From: an uncultured bacterium
Lineage (GTDB): Bacteria > Patescibacteriota > Minisyncoccia > Phycocordibacterales > DATDWN01
Length of the DNA stretch: 64,000 bases
Assembly (NCBI GenBank): GCA_903861205.1
Contig: CAIOTC010000020.1
Location: 133,273-197,272 of the forward strand
Direction of reading: 5' to 3'
The notes under the pieces were generated by a model. That model was given only the letters and a program-made list of their open reading frames with translations, ran no database searches and was not told the origin of the DNA. Both the position numbers and the translations under genes were made by a program. Positions 1 through 9,471 of this stretch are shown one piece after another; within the stretch, counting starts at the first letter, position 1; the number at the start of each line of letters is the position of its first letter.

Positions 1-61
1 ATCAAGTTAATGTCAAACTGTCAATCAGAAAAGATTGCTCACAGGGGTTCGCTCGCCCAGT

Positions 62-197
62 GTTTTTCCTCGGCTCCGCAGGCCTGAAGCTTGGACTTGT
101 CAACGACCCGGAGCGAAGCGCAGGGCTCATTGACAAGTTCAGGCTGAGGATTAGAGACTGCCGTCCGCAGGAGACGGCTGTCGGTCGAGGAAAAATA
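62..197 (+). repeat. family-A structured intergenic element, copy 1
   Basis: Variable closing stem, CCGCAGG, arms CCTGAAGCTTGGACTTGTCAACGACC and GGCTCATTGACAAGTTCAGGC around a variable hairpin, then a 3' hairpin. Confidence 0.6.
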
Positions 198-225
198 CTG
201 GGCGAGCGGACCGTTTTTAAAAATT

Positions 226-1986
226 TTACTCCAGCACCGCTTTGATGCGGCGGACACCCGCAGATACGGCTTCTTCTTTTGTGATGCGGAAGTGGCCGAG
301 AGTGCCGATGTTGTCGACATGCGGACCTCCGCAAAATTCTTTTGAGTGGGCTGTTTCGAGCGAGTCGCCGATGTAATAAATAGAAACTTCGTCGCCATAT
401 TTGTCGCCAAAAATGTGGGCAGCGCCGGTTTTTTCGGCCTCTTCTTTGTTCATTATTATTTTGTGCACCGGAAGTTTCAGCGAAATTTTTTCGTTGACCA
501 AATCTTCCACTTTCTTTTTTTCTTCGTCTGTCATTTTTCGCCCAAAATTAAAATCAAATCGCAGTCGCTCGGCGGTGATGTTACTTCCCTTCTGGGTAAT
601 TTCCGTTTGTAAAATTTCCTCCAGCGCCCGACGCAGTAAATGGGTAGCTGTGTGCAATTTTTTGTTTTCCTCACCCGCATCGGAGAGTCCGCCCTTGAAC
701 ATTCCGGCACTAGATGTTCGAGAAAGTTCCTGGTGTTTCTCCATGTCCTCGAAAAATTTCTTTTCATCAATTTCCACACCCTTTTCTTTTGCCAATTCTT
801 TCGTCATTTCCAGTGGAAAACCGTAAGTAGTAAAAAGTACAAACGGGCTTGTTCCCTTTTCAAATTCTTTCAAACCATTTTCCAAAGTTTTTTCGAATTT
901 TTCTTCTTCTTGGGATAAATTATCAAAAACAAAATTTTTGTTCTTTGAAAGTTCCGGATAAACATCACCAAACATTTCGATGACAACTTCGGCAATATCT
1001 TTGGTAAAAGATTTCATGCCCAGTTGTTTGCCATAACGTACTGCGCGGCGAATCAAGCGGCGTAAAACGTAACCCTGGCCAGTGTTGGACGGCGCGATTC
1101 CTTTTTCGTCGCCCAAAATAAACGTGGCCGCTTTCAAATGATCGGCAATAATGCGCATCGCTTTCACCAAGGTGTCACCTCGGTAAGTTTGTCCGGACAG
1201 CTTTTCAATCTTTTCGATAATCGGCCAGAAAAGTTCTGTGCGGTAATTGTCATCCAGGCCATTGACCACGGCCAAAGTTCTTTCGAGTCCCATTCCGGTG
1301 TCGACATTTTTTTGCGACAGTTGTTCGAATTTTCCGAGAGCGGTTTTATTGTATTGCATGAAAACGTCGTTCCAGATTTCGAGCCAAAGCGAATTATCAT
1401 CGTTGAAACTTTCCGGCACTTTGTCCGGCTCGCCAACCCAATAAAACATTTCCGTGTCCGGTCCGCACGGTCCCGTTTCCCCGGCCGGTCCCCACCAATT
1501 ATTTTTCTTCGGCAGTTTAGCAATTCTTTTTTCCGGAATTCCTAAACTTTTCCATGTTTCAAAAGCTTCATCATCAAAGGGCGCGTCAGAATCGCCCTCA
1601 AAAACAGAAACGGCCAGTCGATTTTTATCCAAGCCCAGCCATTTTGGTGAAGTCAAAAATTCAAAACTGAATTCAATGGCTTCTTTTTTAAAGTATTCTC
1701 CAAGCGACCAGTTGCCGAGCATTTCAAAAAAAGTGTGATGGCAGTAATCGCCGACTTCGTCGATGTCACCTGTTCTGATGCATTTCTGCACGTCGCAAAG
1801 TCGAGCTCCGGCCGGATGTTTTTCACCCAGCAAATATGGCACTAAGGGATGCATTCCAGCAGTGGTAAAAAGAACCGACGGATCATTTTCCGGCACCAAG
1901 GAAGCCGAAGGAATGACGGCGTGACCTTTTTCCTTGAAAAATTGCAGATATTTCTGGCGGATTTCGTTTGATGTCATAACTGACAT
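226..1986 (-). CDS. alaS: alanine--tRNA ligase, short form (catalytic + editing HxxxH/CxxxH domains, lacks long C-terminal C-Ala region)
   Basis: Motifs FTTAGMHPLVPYLLG, CIRTGDIDEVG, HTATHLL and CGGPHV in the 586-aa ORF. Confidence 0.92.
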   Translation of the reverse strand: MSVMTSNEIRQKYLQFFKEKGHAVIPSASLVPENDPSVLFTTAGMHPLVPYLLGEKHPAGARLCDVQKCIRTGDIDEVGDYCHHTFFEMLGNWSLGEYFKKEAIEFSFEFLTSPKWLGLDKNRLAVSVFEGDSDAPFDDEAFETWKSLGIPEKRIAKLPKKNNWWGPAGETGPCGPDTEMFYWVGEPDKVPESFNDDNSLWLEIWNDVFMQYNKTALGKFEQLSQKNVDTGMGLERTLAVVNGLDDNYRTELFWPIIEKIEKLSGQTYRGDTLVKAMRIIADHLKAATFILGDEKGIAPSNTGQGYVLRRLIRRAVRYGKQLGMKSFTKDIAEVVIEMFGDVYPELSKNKNFVFDNLSQEEEKFEKTLENGLKEFEKGTSPFVLFTTYGFPLEMTKELAKEKGVEIDEKKFFEDMEKHQELSRTSSAGMFKGGLSDAGEENKKLHTATHLLRRALEEILQTEITQKGSNITAERLRFDFNFGRKMTDEEKKKVEDLVNEKISLKLPVHKIIMNKEEAEKTGAAHIFGDKYGDEVSIYYIGDSLETAHSKEFCGGPHVDNIGTLGHFRITKEEAVSAGVRRIKAVLE

Positions 1987-2008
1987 TATGACATATTACG
2001 AAAAAAAA

Positions 2009-2416
2009 CTAAACCCCGATTTTCTTTTCTATTTTTAATACCCGCAGATCGATCAATTTCAATTGTTCCCTATTGGCTTTATTATCCGCAATATCATCAA
2101 TCCGTCTTTCAACACCTTGTATTTTATTTGTTAATCTTTCTTCAATATCTTGCAATTCTGTATGCATGTCTTGCATTTCTTTATGCACTTCGCTAAATCC
2201 TCTCGCTGTTGCTATTGCCAAATTATCTATGTCTTTTTTCAACATAACCTCCATTCTATCTGATCTTCTCGCCATCTTCTGGAATTGTAAATCATGCTCA
2301 TTTAATTTCAAATCGATCGAAGTCAGCTTAACATTTACACTATGAAAAACATCATCAATTTTTTCCAAAATAGTTTCTAAAGTTACTTCTTTATTTTTTT
2401 CCTCTTTCTTTTTCAT
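2009..2416 (-). CDS. hypothetical coiled-coil protein
   Basis: 135-aa ORF, heptad-rich, charged, no recognisable motif. Confidence 0.45.
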   Translation of the reverse strand: MKKKEEKNKEVTLETILEKIDDVFHSVNVKLTSIDLKLNEHDLQFQKMARRSDRMEVMLKKDIDNLAIATARGFSEVHKEMQDMHTELQDIEERLTNKIQGVERRIDDIADNKANREQLKLIDLRVLKIEKKIGV

Positions 2417-2456
2417 GTCACTATTTTATCACCTCCCAAACGCGAGTCAACCAAAA

Positions 2457-3065
2457 CTAAATATATTTTTTCAGCACTTGAAAATCTTGGAGCAACGTCG
2501 TTTTGTGCGAACCGTTGTAAAGGGCGACAGCGGGATGATATAGGGGCACGATGTGAATTTCGCCGTAGCTCGTGCTAGCTACGAATTCCTTGCCGTGAAT
2601 TTCACTGATCGGACGGAGCATATCAAAAAGGCCAAATTTGTTCATAACATAACCCATGGAAAATCTGCCCAATGTGGCAATGACTTTCGGCTGGATAATT
2701 TCAATCTGCCTGTCCAGAAACGGCGCATACAAAATAATTTCTTCCGGCAAAGGATCGCGGTTTTCTTGCGGGCGGTCCTTGACCACGTTGGTGATATAAA
2801 CGTCGCTTCTGTTCAGTTTGATCGATTCGAGCATTTCGTCGAGGATTCTGCCGGATTGTCCGCAAAAAGGCCGAGCCGTTTGCGCTTCGTTTTTGCCCGG
2901 AGCTTCGCCGACAAACATGATTTTAGCCATGTGACTTCCCTCTCCGACCACCGGATAATATTTGTTTTCGACGCGATATTTGTAGAGCGGAGAATTTTCG
3001 AAATGCAAAAGTTCCTCGCGAATTTGTTTCAATTTTTCAAATCTTTCTTCAAGGCTAAGGGGCAT
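2457..3065 (-). CDS. uracil-DNA glycosylase, family 4
   Basis: Motifs MFVGEAPGKNE and PFCGQSG typical of family-4 UDG. Confidence 0.82.
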   Translation of the reverse strand: MPLSLEERFEKLKQIREELLHFENSPLYKYRVENKYYPVVGEGSHMAKIMFVGEAPGKNEAQTARPFCGQSGRILDEMLESIKLNRSDVYITNVVKDRPQENRDPLPEEIILYAPFLDRQIEIIQPKVIATLGRFSMGYVMNKFGLFDMLRPISEIHGKEFVASTSYGEIHIVPLYHPAVALYNGSHKTTLLQDFQVLKKYI

Positions 3066-3176
3066 GATGAATTTTTAATTTAAAATTTATAATTTAAAAT
3101 GAATTTAAAATTTTCCAATTTAAAATTTAATCATTGAGAATTCAATAAAAATTCTAAATTAAAAATTGAAAATTTT
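3066..3176. repeat. AT-rich intergenic repeat (aatttttaatttaaaattt...aatgaattt...aaattcatt... family), copy 1
   Basis: Fills the whole gap between consecutive same-strand genes; inverted gaattt/aaattc core. Confidence 0.55.
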
Positions 3177-4064
3177 TCATAGTGCCTTAATTTCTTCCAA
3201 AACTTTTTGTTTTTCATCTTCCGTCAAACCGACAGTATCCAGCAAACCCTGATTTTCGGCGATCGTTTTACAAAGCACAACACCCTGGGCCAAAAGTTCT
3301 TTTTTGGCAAAACCGGAAAGATTGACAAGGCACGTCAATGGGTGAAGTTTGGCCTCCAAAATCATATCGTGCAAATTGCCGTGAACCGGATAGTTCCAGC
3401 CGATCATGACCAAACGATTGCCCTGGTGCGAGCCATATTCAATAGCCGTAGTGGTGAATTTGGTGTTCGTCACCAACCAGCCCTCATCCAGTTTCCTCTC
3501 CTTCCCGCCGTAATTAAATGTCATTTCGCTCAAGTCGTCGAATCTTTCCTTGACGTAAAGTGCGATTTTCAAATCCGATTTTACGCCAAGCTGGTTGTGG
3601 AATTTGGCTTCCACCATGATGAGTTTTTGGTCGTTCCAAGCCACCACGTCGATTTCGTGCTCGACATATTTTCCGCGAACTTTCTGATCAGTTAAAGTCT
3701 CAAAACCTTTTTGCCGAAAAATTTCCGCCACGTAATCCTCGAATGCAAAACCGGACGGCCCGAGCTCCATGATGGCTCGGCGCAGAGAATATGTCACCGA
3801 CATTCTTCGATCTTCCTTGTGCAAAAGCTCGAACGCCCGAATATAAATATCGTGCGTCGTCATGTCGTCGATGATCGAATCTTTTATGTTGCTTATTATC
3901 GCTTCAACTGTGCTACTCGAAGCGCCGGCGTGTTTCAGCGACTGTTCAAGTTTTGTGCTGTCAAACGGCTCGCGCGTTCCATCCGCCTTAATGACAAAAA
4001 TTGATTCACTTTTTGGTTTTAAAATATCGCTTGGTTCAATAACATCTTTTATTTCTGTATCCAT
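3177..4064 (-). CDS. ATP-cone domain protein with C-terminal Mrr/restriction-endonuclease-like domain
   Basis: N-terminal VIKADGTREPFDSTKLEQSL ATP-cone; C-terminal HEIDVVAW...MVEAKFH nuclease-like core. Confidence 0.6.
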   Translation of the reverse strand: MDTEIKDVIEPSDILKPKSESIFVIKADGTREPFDSTKLEQSLKHAGASSSTVEAIISNIKDSIIDDMTTHDIYIRAFELLHKEDRRMSVTYSLRRAIMELGPSGFAFEDYVAEIFRQKGFETLTDQKVRGKYVEHEIDVVAWNDQKLIMVEAKFHNQLGVKSDLKIALYVKERFDDLSEMTFNYGGKERKLDEGWLVTNTKFTTTAIEYGSHQGNRLVMIGWNYPVHGNLHDMILEAKLHPLTCLVNLSGFAKKELLAQGVVLCKTIAENQGLLDTVGLTEDEKQKVLEEIKAL

Positions 4065-4072
4065 ACACTATA

Positions 4073-5233
4073 TTATTGCACAGCATCGATAACTCCGCCA
4101 CCAAGACAAACATCGTTGTCGTACAGCACAGCTGACTGGCCGGGAGCAACACCGTTTTGCGGTTCGTTAAAAAGAATATGCCAGCCATCTGATTCTTTCT
4201 CGATACTGCATTTTTGTTTTTCCTGGCGATAACGGATGCGAACGGAAAATTTCTCTGACACCCGGCGTGAAGTTTCCCAAACACCGGGTGTCGGAGAAAT
4301 TAAATGCAGATCTTTAATGACAACTTCTTTGGTCGAGAAAACCGCCTCACTTTCTGATTCTTTGTTTGCCACTGTGATAGTATTTTTTTCCAAATCTTTT
4401 GCCACCACGAAATACCGCGGATCGTTTGGTGACTTTTTAGTAATTGTAAATCCGTGACGTTCGCCGATGGTGTAAAGAATGGCGCCATCATGAAAACCAA
4501 TGACTTCCCCGTTCGTTTTCAGCACATCACCTTTTTTCGTTTTTATATAATGCGAAAGAAAATCTTTGATGTCCAAATTTTCCAAAAAACAAACGCCCTG
4601 GCTGTCTTTTTTTGTCGCAGTCGACAAACCAAATTTCTTGGCCAATTTTCTGACCTCCGGCTTGGTCAAATCTCCAATTGGAAAAAGTGTGTGAGAAAGT
4701 TGGTCCTGATCTAATGTGTACAGAAAATATGACTGATCTTTGTTTTTATCTTTTCCCTCAAGCAAATTGAAACAGGATTCATGATTCATGATGCATGAAT
4801 GGTGCTGGTTAATTATTCTTGAATCTTGACTCTTGAATCCTGAATCAACCCTTGCGTAGTGCCCCGTAGCCACGAAATCCACGCCAAGATCAAGTGCTTT
4901 TTTCAAAAACACTCCGAATTTCACATATTTGTTGCAAAAAACATCCGGATTTGGCGTTCGTCCGGCGCGATACTCGGCAATCATATAATCCACTACTTCC
5001 TTTTTGTATTCCTTTTCACAATCCAGCGTCATAAAAGGCACACCCAGCGTGGCACAAACCCGCATGGCGCTTCGTCTCTCCTCCTTCCAATCGCATGGCA
5101 ACCACTCCGGATGCCAGACCTTCAAAAACACACCAGTTACGTCATACCCCTGCTTTTTCAGCAACGCCAAAGCCACCGAGCTGTCCACTCCGCCCGAAAC
5201 TCCAACAAGGACTTTTTTGCCTTGACTTTTCAT
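4073..5233 (-). CDS. mnmA: tRNA-specific 2-thiouridylase MnmA (with an internal approx. 45-aa insertion)
   Basis: VLVGVSGGVDSSVA PP-loop, FCNKYVKFG and GHYAR motifs. Confidence 0.9.
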   Translation of the reverse strand: MKSQGKKVLVGVSGGVDSSVALALLKKQGYDVTGVFLKVWHPEWLPCDWKEERRSAMRVCATLGVPFMTLDCEKEYKKEVVDYMIAEYRAGRTPNPDVFCNKYVKFGVFLKKALDLGVDFVATGHYARVDSGFKSQDSRIINQHHSCIMNHESCFNLLEGKDKNKDQSYFLYTLDQDQLSHTLFPIGDLTKPEVRKLAKKFGLSTATKKDSQGVCFLENLDIKDFLSHYIKTKKGDVLKTNGEVIGFHDGAILYTIGERHGFTITKKSPNDPRYFVVAKDLEKNTITVANKESESEAVFSTKEVVIKDLHLISPTPGVWETSRRVSEKFSVRIRYRQEKQKCSIEKESDGWHILFNEPQNGVAPGQSAVLYDNDVCLGGGVIDAVQ

Positions 5234-5270
5234 TTTTGTATAATATACTTATTTTCGGAGGTAAAGGCAA

Positions 5271-5456
5271 ATGACAATTAGAGAATTCCTGGTTTTTATT
5301 TGGACATTGCTTTTTGGTGTTTTTGAAACACTGTATTTTAATCTGACAAAAACGAGTAATACTTCAAAAAATGTATCGCTCGTATCGGGTCTTATTCTGT
5401 ATTTTCTTGTCAGTATTTTGATACTGAAATTTTTCAAAAAAAGTCATAACAAGTGA
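5271..5456 (+). CDS. small membrane protein (hypothetical)
   Basis: 61-aa ORF with two hydrophobic segments, preceded by a GGAGG SD. Confidence 0.3.
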   Translation: MTIREFLVFIWTLLFGVFETLYFNLTKTSNTSKNVSLVSGLILYFLVSILILKFFKKSHNK

Positions 5457-5736
5457 TGGGTAACTTATTCGCGTCGGGTAACCGCCGCGATTTTCTTTTT
5501 CAAAAAATCATAAACGAGTTCGGAACCACACTCGGTGAAGTTGGATTACCAACGTACACCAAGTGAGTTTCCTCCACAACCATCATAATCAGTTCGTTGA
5601 AAAGAATTTCGTCTGGCAAAATTATTATTTCTTTAAAAACAATGGGGTTGGTTTAGTTGTCTGTTGTCATTCCCGCGTATGCGGGAATCTAGGTTTTTAA
5701 GATCTGGATCCCCGCCTGCGCGGGGATGACAAATGC

Positions 5737-6675
5737 CTACTTCAAATACCTCACTTTATTCGCCACATGTTCCGCAAAAGTCACCGCGTAGTGAATCGTG
5801 CCGTCTTTTTCCGTCAAAAAGTACAGATATTTTGTTTTAACTGGCGTAATCGCGGCCAAAATGGAATTTAGCCCAGGATTATTGATCGGCGTCGGCGGCA
5901 AACCTTTATTTATGTACGTATTGTACGGCGAGTCAATTTTTAAATCATCAGCTGTCAGATCGTACGAGTTTTTTTCATTGATATATTTGAACGTCGAATC
6001 AACCTGCAGCGGCATGCCTAGCGCCAGCCTCCTCCACAAAATCCCCGCCACTTTTGGCCTGTCGGCCGGTAATGCTTCGCCCTCCAAAATCGAAGCCATT
6101 TTTATTATATCGCTTTCCGAATGTCCGGAAGCCAAAATTTGTTTTTGCACAGCTGAAATTTTGGCGGCAAAATTATTTTTCATCAGGTCAATAATTTCCT
6201 CCGGTTTGGCGGTAGGCGAAACAAAATATGTGTCCGGAAAAAGATAGCCTTCATTTTTCTCGGCCAATGCTAGAAATTGTTTCTTATCAAATTTTAAAAG
6301 TGTTTTTCCTAAGTAATCAGTAATTTCATATGCGCACCAGCCTTCCGGTATGGTAATTTTGACTGTCTGCAAATGAAACGAACCGTTTATAAGACGATAA
6401 GCCAAAACAAGCGCGTTTTCCTTTTTATCGAGTAAATAATCGCCGGCAATAATTTTGTGTTCCCCGCCCAAAATAATAGCCGAGGTTCTAAACGCAAAAA
6501 CAGATCTGATGACATTTTCATTTTTCAAATTGTTTGAAATTTGCTGGAGCGAATCACCGGCATGAACGGTAAAAACTTCGCCCTGCGGAAAACTGCTCGG
6601 CGGACTGATCAAAAAAATCATGCAAGCAACCAGAATAATTACCGCAAAAAAAATCCAAAATCTTTTTTGGTGCAT
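5737..6675 (-). CDS. mltG: endolytic murein transglycosylase MltG (YceG-like); start is probably the internal Met after the overlap with the upstream gene
   Basis: N-terminal TM segment, YceG-like C-terminus YLYFLTEKDGTIHYAVTFAEH; the long ORF overlaps 6734..7981. Confidence 0.78.
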   Translation of the reverse strand: MHQKRFWIFFAVIILVACMIFLISPPSSFPQGEVFTVHAGDSLQQISNNLKNENVIRSVFAFRTSAIILGGEHKIIAGDYLLDKKENALVLAYRLINGSFHLQTVKITIPEGWCAYEITDYLGKTLLKFDKKQFLALAEKNEGYLFPDTYFVSPTAKPEEIIDLMKNNFAAKISAVQKQILASGHSESDIIKMASILEGEALPADRPKVAGILWRRLALGMPLQVDSTFKYINEKNSYDLTADDLKIDSPYNTYINKGLPPTPINNPGLNSILAAITPVKTKYLYFLTEKDGTIHYAVTFAEHVANKVRYLK

Positions 6676-6733
6676 CAATCCAGACGCATTTATTCGTAGC
6701 CATTCGTAGATTCGAATCATTCGTATATTCGTA

Positions 6734-7981
6734 TTATATCGGCAAGTTTGACGGCGCTTCGGATTTCTTCGAGCCAATGCGTGTGAACGACGGTGAGGTG
6801 GCCAAACCTCCGGCTGGGAAGTGGAAAATCGTCGCTAGTTCCTCAGTGTTCAAAACAAATGACGGTTTTTTGAATTCGTTGTAAAACCAGGCACGATGTT
6901 TATATGAGTTTAACAACTTTCTTTTTTCTTTATCGATTGTTTTCTTTGGCCTTTTTATAAACGGAAAATACTTGTATTCGCCCTCCGGATGCGATTGCGG
7001 TTTAAAACCATTCAAATTGTTTGAGTTGTAATTTTTGAAACCACCCATAATACCAACAGTATTGCCGGCGGAATAAAGGTCTTTGGACGCGGTATATATG
7101 GCACGAATACCGACATCAAAACCAAGTTTAGAAATGCTTCTTTCGATGGCGTGGACAACTTCCTCTTCACCTTTTGTTAAACGTCTAGCTGGCCCCGGCT
7201 TCCCATCTTCGCCCTTCTCGCCTTTTGTTTTTTCAAGAATTTTTTTAATTTCGTCTCCCGCGCCTTTTTCCCACTTTTTATCTATCGGTTTTCCGCCATC
7301 GGGGTTTTTATCTTCCGCTTTGTGTGCACGAATAATAATTTGAATCCATGCTTGGTGTTCTCTGCCGAGAGATCCCATGAATTCTATGAGCGGAGTCATC
7401 GGATCAATTCTGTATTCTTCCTTCGGATCTTTATCCATTCCATAATCAACATATGTTTTTATGGGAAACGGGTCAGGTTTAGTCAGAGCGAACTCTTTGG
7501 CCCACAAACTATTTTTTTCCGGATCATAACTGTAAAGTAAAGTGTAATCCGGCGCTTCATAAACTTCTATGCCGGGAAACTGCGAATACAAACTGGCTTC
7601 GATGACGTTCTTCAAACCTTTGCGAGTCCAAATGAAAAAATGGATCGAGCCATCTATGGAAACAATTTCCAAAGAATACCACGGCCTTGTTTGACCTTTG
7701 AAATTTCTAACCCACCAATCACCCTCCTGGCCTGTTTGGTGCAAACCGTTGAAAAAAATTTCCATGGCCAAAGGCGATTTGAAAATTTCACGCGGGAGTT
7801 TCATTTCCAGCAAAACATATTCTTGCTTGGCAAAAAATTTAGCCCGGACGTATGTAATCCACAACTCCCACAGCAAAATGAAAAGTAGGGCCGGCAACCA
7901 AACAAAAGAGGTTTGGTACAAAATTTTCATCGCCAAAGCAACATGCGGACTTGTGAAAAAGGAGATGAATGGCTGTAACAT
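6734..7981 (-). CDS. hypothetical membrane-anchored protein with Lys/Glu-rich low-complexity segment
   Basis: 415-aa ORF, N-terminal TM helix, no recognisable catalytic motif. Confidence 0.5.
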   Translation of the reverse strand: MLQPFISFFTSPHVALAMKILYQTSFVWLPALLFILLWELWITYVRAKFFAKQEYVLLEMKLPREIFKSPLAMEIFFNGLHQTGQEGDWWVRNFKGQTRPWYSLEIVSIDGSIHFFIWTRKGLKNVIEASLYSQFPGIEVYEAPDYTLLYSYDPEKNSLWAKEFALTKPDPFPIKTYVDYGMDKDPKEEYRIDPMTPLIEFMGSLGREHQAWIQIIIRAHKAEDKNPDGGKPIDKKWEKGAGDEIKKILEKTKGEKGEDGKPGPARRLTKGEEEVVHAIERSISKLGFDVGIRAIYTASKDLYSAGNTVGIMGGFKNYNSNNLNGFKPQSHPEGEYKYFPFIKRPKKTIDKEKRKLLNSYKHRAWFYNEFKKPSFVLNTEELATIFHFPAGGLATSPSFTRIGSKKSEAPSNLPI

Positions 7982-8035
7982 GGTCTAATTATAATACACA
8001 ACAAACAAAAAAGAAAACATGTAAATCTCGTCGAG

Positions 8036-8197
8036 CTCGCATCATTTTCGGAGCATCCGCAGACCTCGAGCATGGTTTTGTCAACGACCCTGTGATATGG
8101 GTGCCCTTTGGGCAATATCACAGGGCTCATTGACAAATTGAGGCCGAGGACAGAGAAAGCCCGTCGCTGGACGGGCTTTCGTCTCCGAAAATGATGT
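8036..8197 (+). repeat. family-A structured intergenic element, copy 2
   Basis: Same architecture; closing stem tcattttcggag/ctccgaaaatga; internal hairpins differ but remain paired. Confidence 0.6.
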
Positions 8198-8220
8198 GAG
8201 TTCGTAAGAGATTTACTCGC

Positions 8221-9270
8221 TTAAGCTACCGCGTATTTGCCTTCTTTTGTTTTCTTGAAATATTTTGGATTCTGGAGATTGACCATGATGGTATTTTCCT
8301 TGACGTATCTTTCTTTCATCACTTTCTCGATAATTTTATCTTTCGGAAGCGGGCCATTTTTCTCCAAAATTTCTTTGATGACATCCTTGACCACACCGCT
8401 CATGTATCCCCACTCTGTCAGCGCGTAAAGTCCTCGGCCAACCAGAACGAATCGCGGATCTTTGATGAGTTCATTGTGTGTCGTGGCCACATGCGCTTTC
8501 TTGCTGAAAAGTTCAGTGATCAGTTTGGCCACTTCGCGGAAATGGATCGGGCTGCCGTGTCGGCGGATAACCAAGTAAGCGTAATCGCGCATGCCTTTTG
8601 CGTTGATGTTCGATGAGCGAGACTTGCCCCATTCGCCGAGCGGATTTTTATCGATCAGCTTGGAAAGTGTCAACCAACGTTTGGCAATTTCCTCGGTTTT
8701 GTATTTGTCGGAAACATCTTTCAAATTTTCCAAAAACTTGGCAACCATGTCTGATTCGAGCAAAATTTCATCGTCTGAAAGGGTACTGTAAAGCTTGCGG
8801 AGCGACTCATGAATTTTCTTTGAAAGCTCTCGGTCCACGTGCCATCGGTGTTTGAATTCGTCATCCTCTTTTTCTTTGATGAATTCTTCGCCGACAACCA
8901 GCATAAAGTGAATATGGTTTTGAGTCGATTTATCTTTGGAAATATGCTTCAAAAAGCTTTCCTCGGAAACCATCGTGCCGAGTTCAACCATGATGTTTTT
9001 GATTTCGTCAAAGGCCGGCTTTTCCTTGGCATATTCTTTCGACTTGCGGATATTGATAATCGAATAGCTTTCGATTTGGCGTACTCTTTCGCGAGTTATT
9101 TTATATTTCTTGCCGATTGCTTCAAGCGTCATACGCTTGGTATCTGCGCCCAAGCCAAAACGTCCGTTAATGACGTCTTGCGCGCGCGCGGAAAGAACGG
9201 ACAGCATCCTCTTCACAACTTGCTTTGGCTTGAATGTTATTGTTGTTTTTTCGCTCATAAAATGTTGCAA
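8221..9270 (-). CDS. DNA-binding protein: sigma-70 region-4-like HTH plus C-terminal HARE-HTH (RpoE-delta-like) domain
   Basis: LSARAQDVINGRFGL...TLEAIGKKYKITRERVRQIE (sigma r4) and FVLVGRGLYALTEWGY (HARE-HTH). Confidence 0.6.
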   Translation of the reverse strand: MQHFMSEKTTITFKPKQVVKRMLSVLSARAQDVINGRFGLGADTKRMTLEAIGKKYKITRERVRQIESYSIINIRKSKEYAKEKPAFDEIKNIMVELGTMVSEESFLKHISKDKSTQNHIHFMLVVGEEFIKEKEDDEFKHRWHVDRELSKKIHESLRKLYSTLSDDEILLESDMVAKFLENLKDVSDKYKTEEIAKRWLTLSKLIDKNPLGEWGKSRSSNINAKGMRDYAYLVIRRHGSPIHFREVAKLITELFSKKAHVATTHNELIKDPRFVLVGRGLYALTEWGYMSGVVKDVIKEILEKNGPLPKDKIIEKVMKERYVKENTIMVNLQNPKYFKKTKEGKYAVA

Positions 9271-9355
9271 AATTATTACTAAGTGCTAATAGTTACAACG
9301 AATGTATGTTATTTGTATCATTATTGACAATTTAAGTCAAGGAGTCACGAAAACC

Positions 9356-9463
9356 GGCTCAAACAATGCTTTTCCGTCGCCAGAATATTTTTCTGCTGAA
9401 AAATTTCTTCCTGCTCGCCTCTTCACGGGCTCCGCAATGCGACGGAAAAGCATTGTTTGAGCC
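9356..9463 (+). repeat. family-B element, copy 1: 66-nt conserved core in the loop of a 25-bp stem
   Basis: Core CGTCGCCAGAATATTTTTCTGCTGAAAAATTTCTTCCTGCTCGCCTCTTCACGGGCTCCGCAATGCGACGG; stem ggctcaaacaatgcttttccg/cggaaaagcattgtttgagcc. Confidence 0.6.
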
Positions 9464-9471
9464 GATTTTTT

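Noticed and set aside
2-410. ORFs 2..334(-), 39..410(-), 60..245(+) overlapping the family-A element and the alaS 3' end
   Set aside because: They run through a palindromic repeat, or antisense to alaS. The same ORFs do not recur at the other two copies, so they are spurious.
5640-5735. Possible CRISPR repeats (two similar 24-nt GC hairpin units)
   Set aside because: There are only two units, in inverted rather than direct orientation, with no spacer array and no cas genes. They are better explained as a bidirectional terminator.
8036-8197. Family-A element as a 6S RNA or SRP RNA
   Set aside because: A single closing stem with a central bubble was considered, but three copies with diverged helices and no SRP domain-IV motif make a housekeeping single-copy RNA unlikely. 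Left as an unclassified structured repeat.
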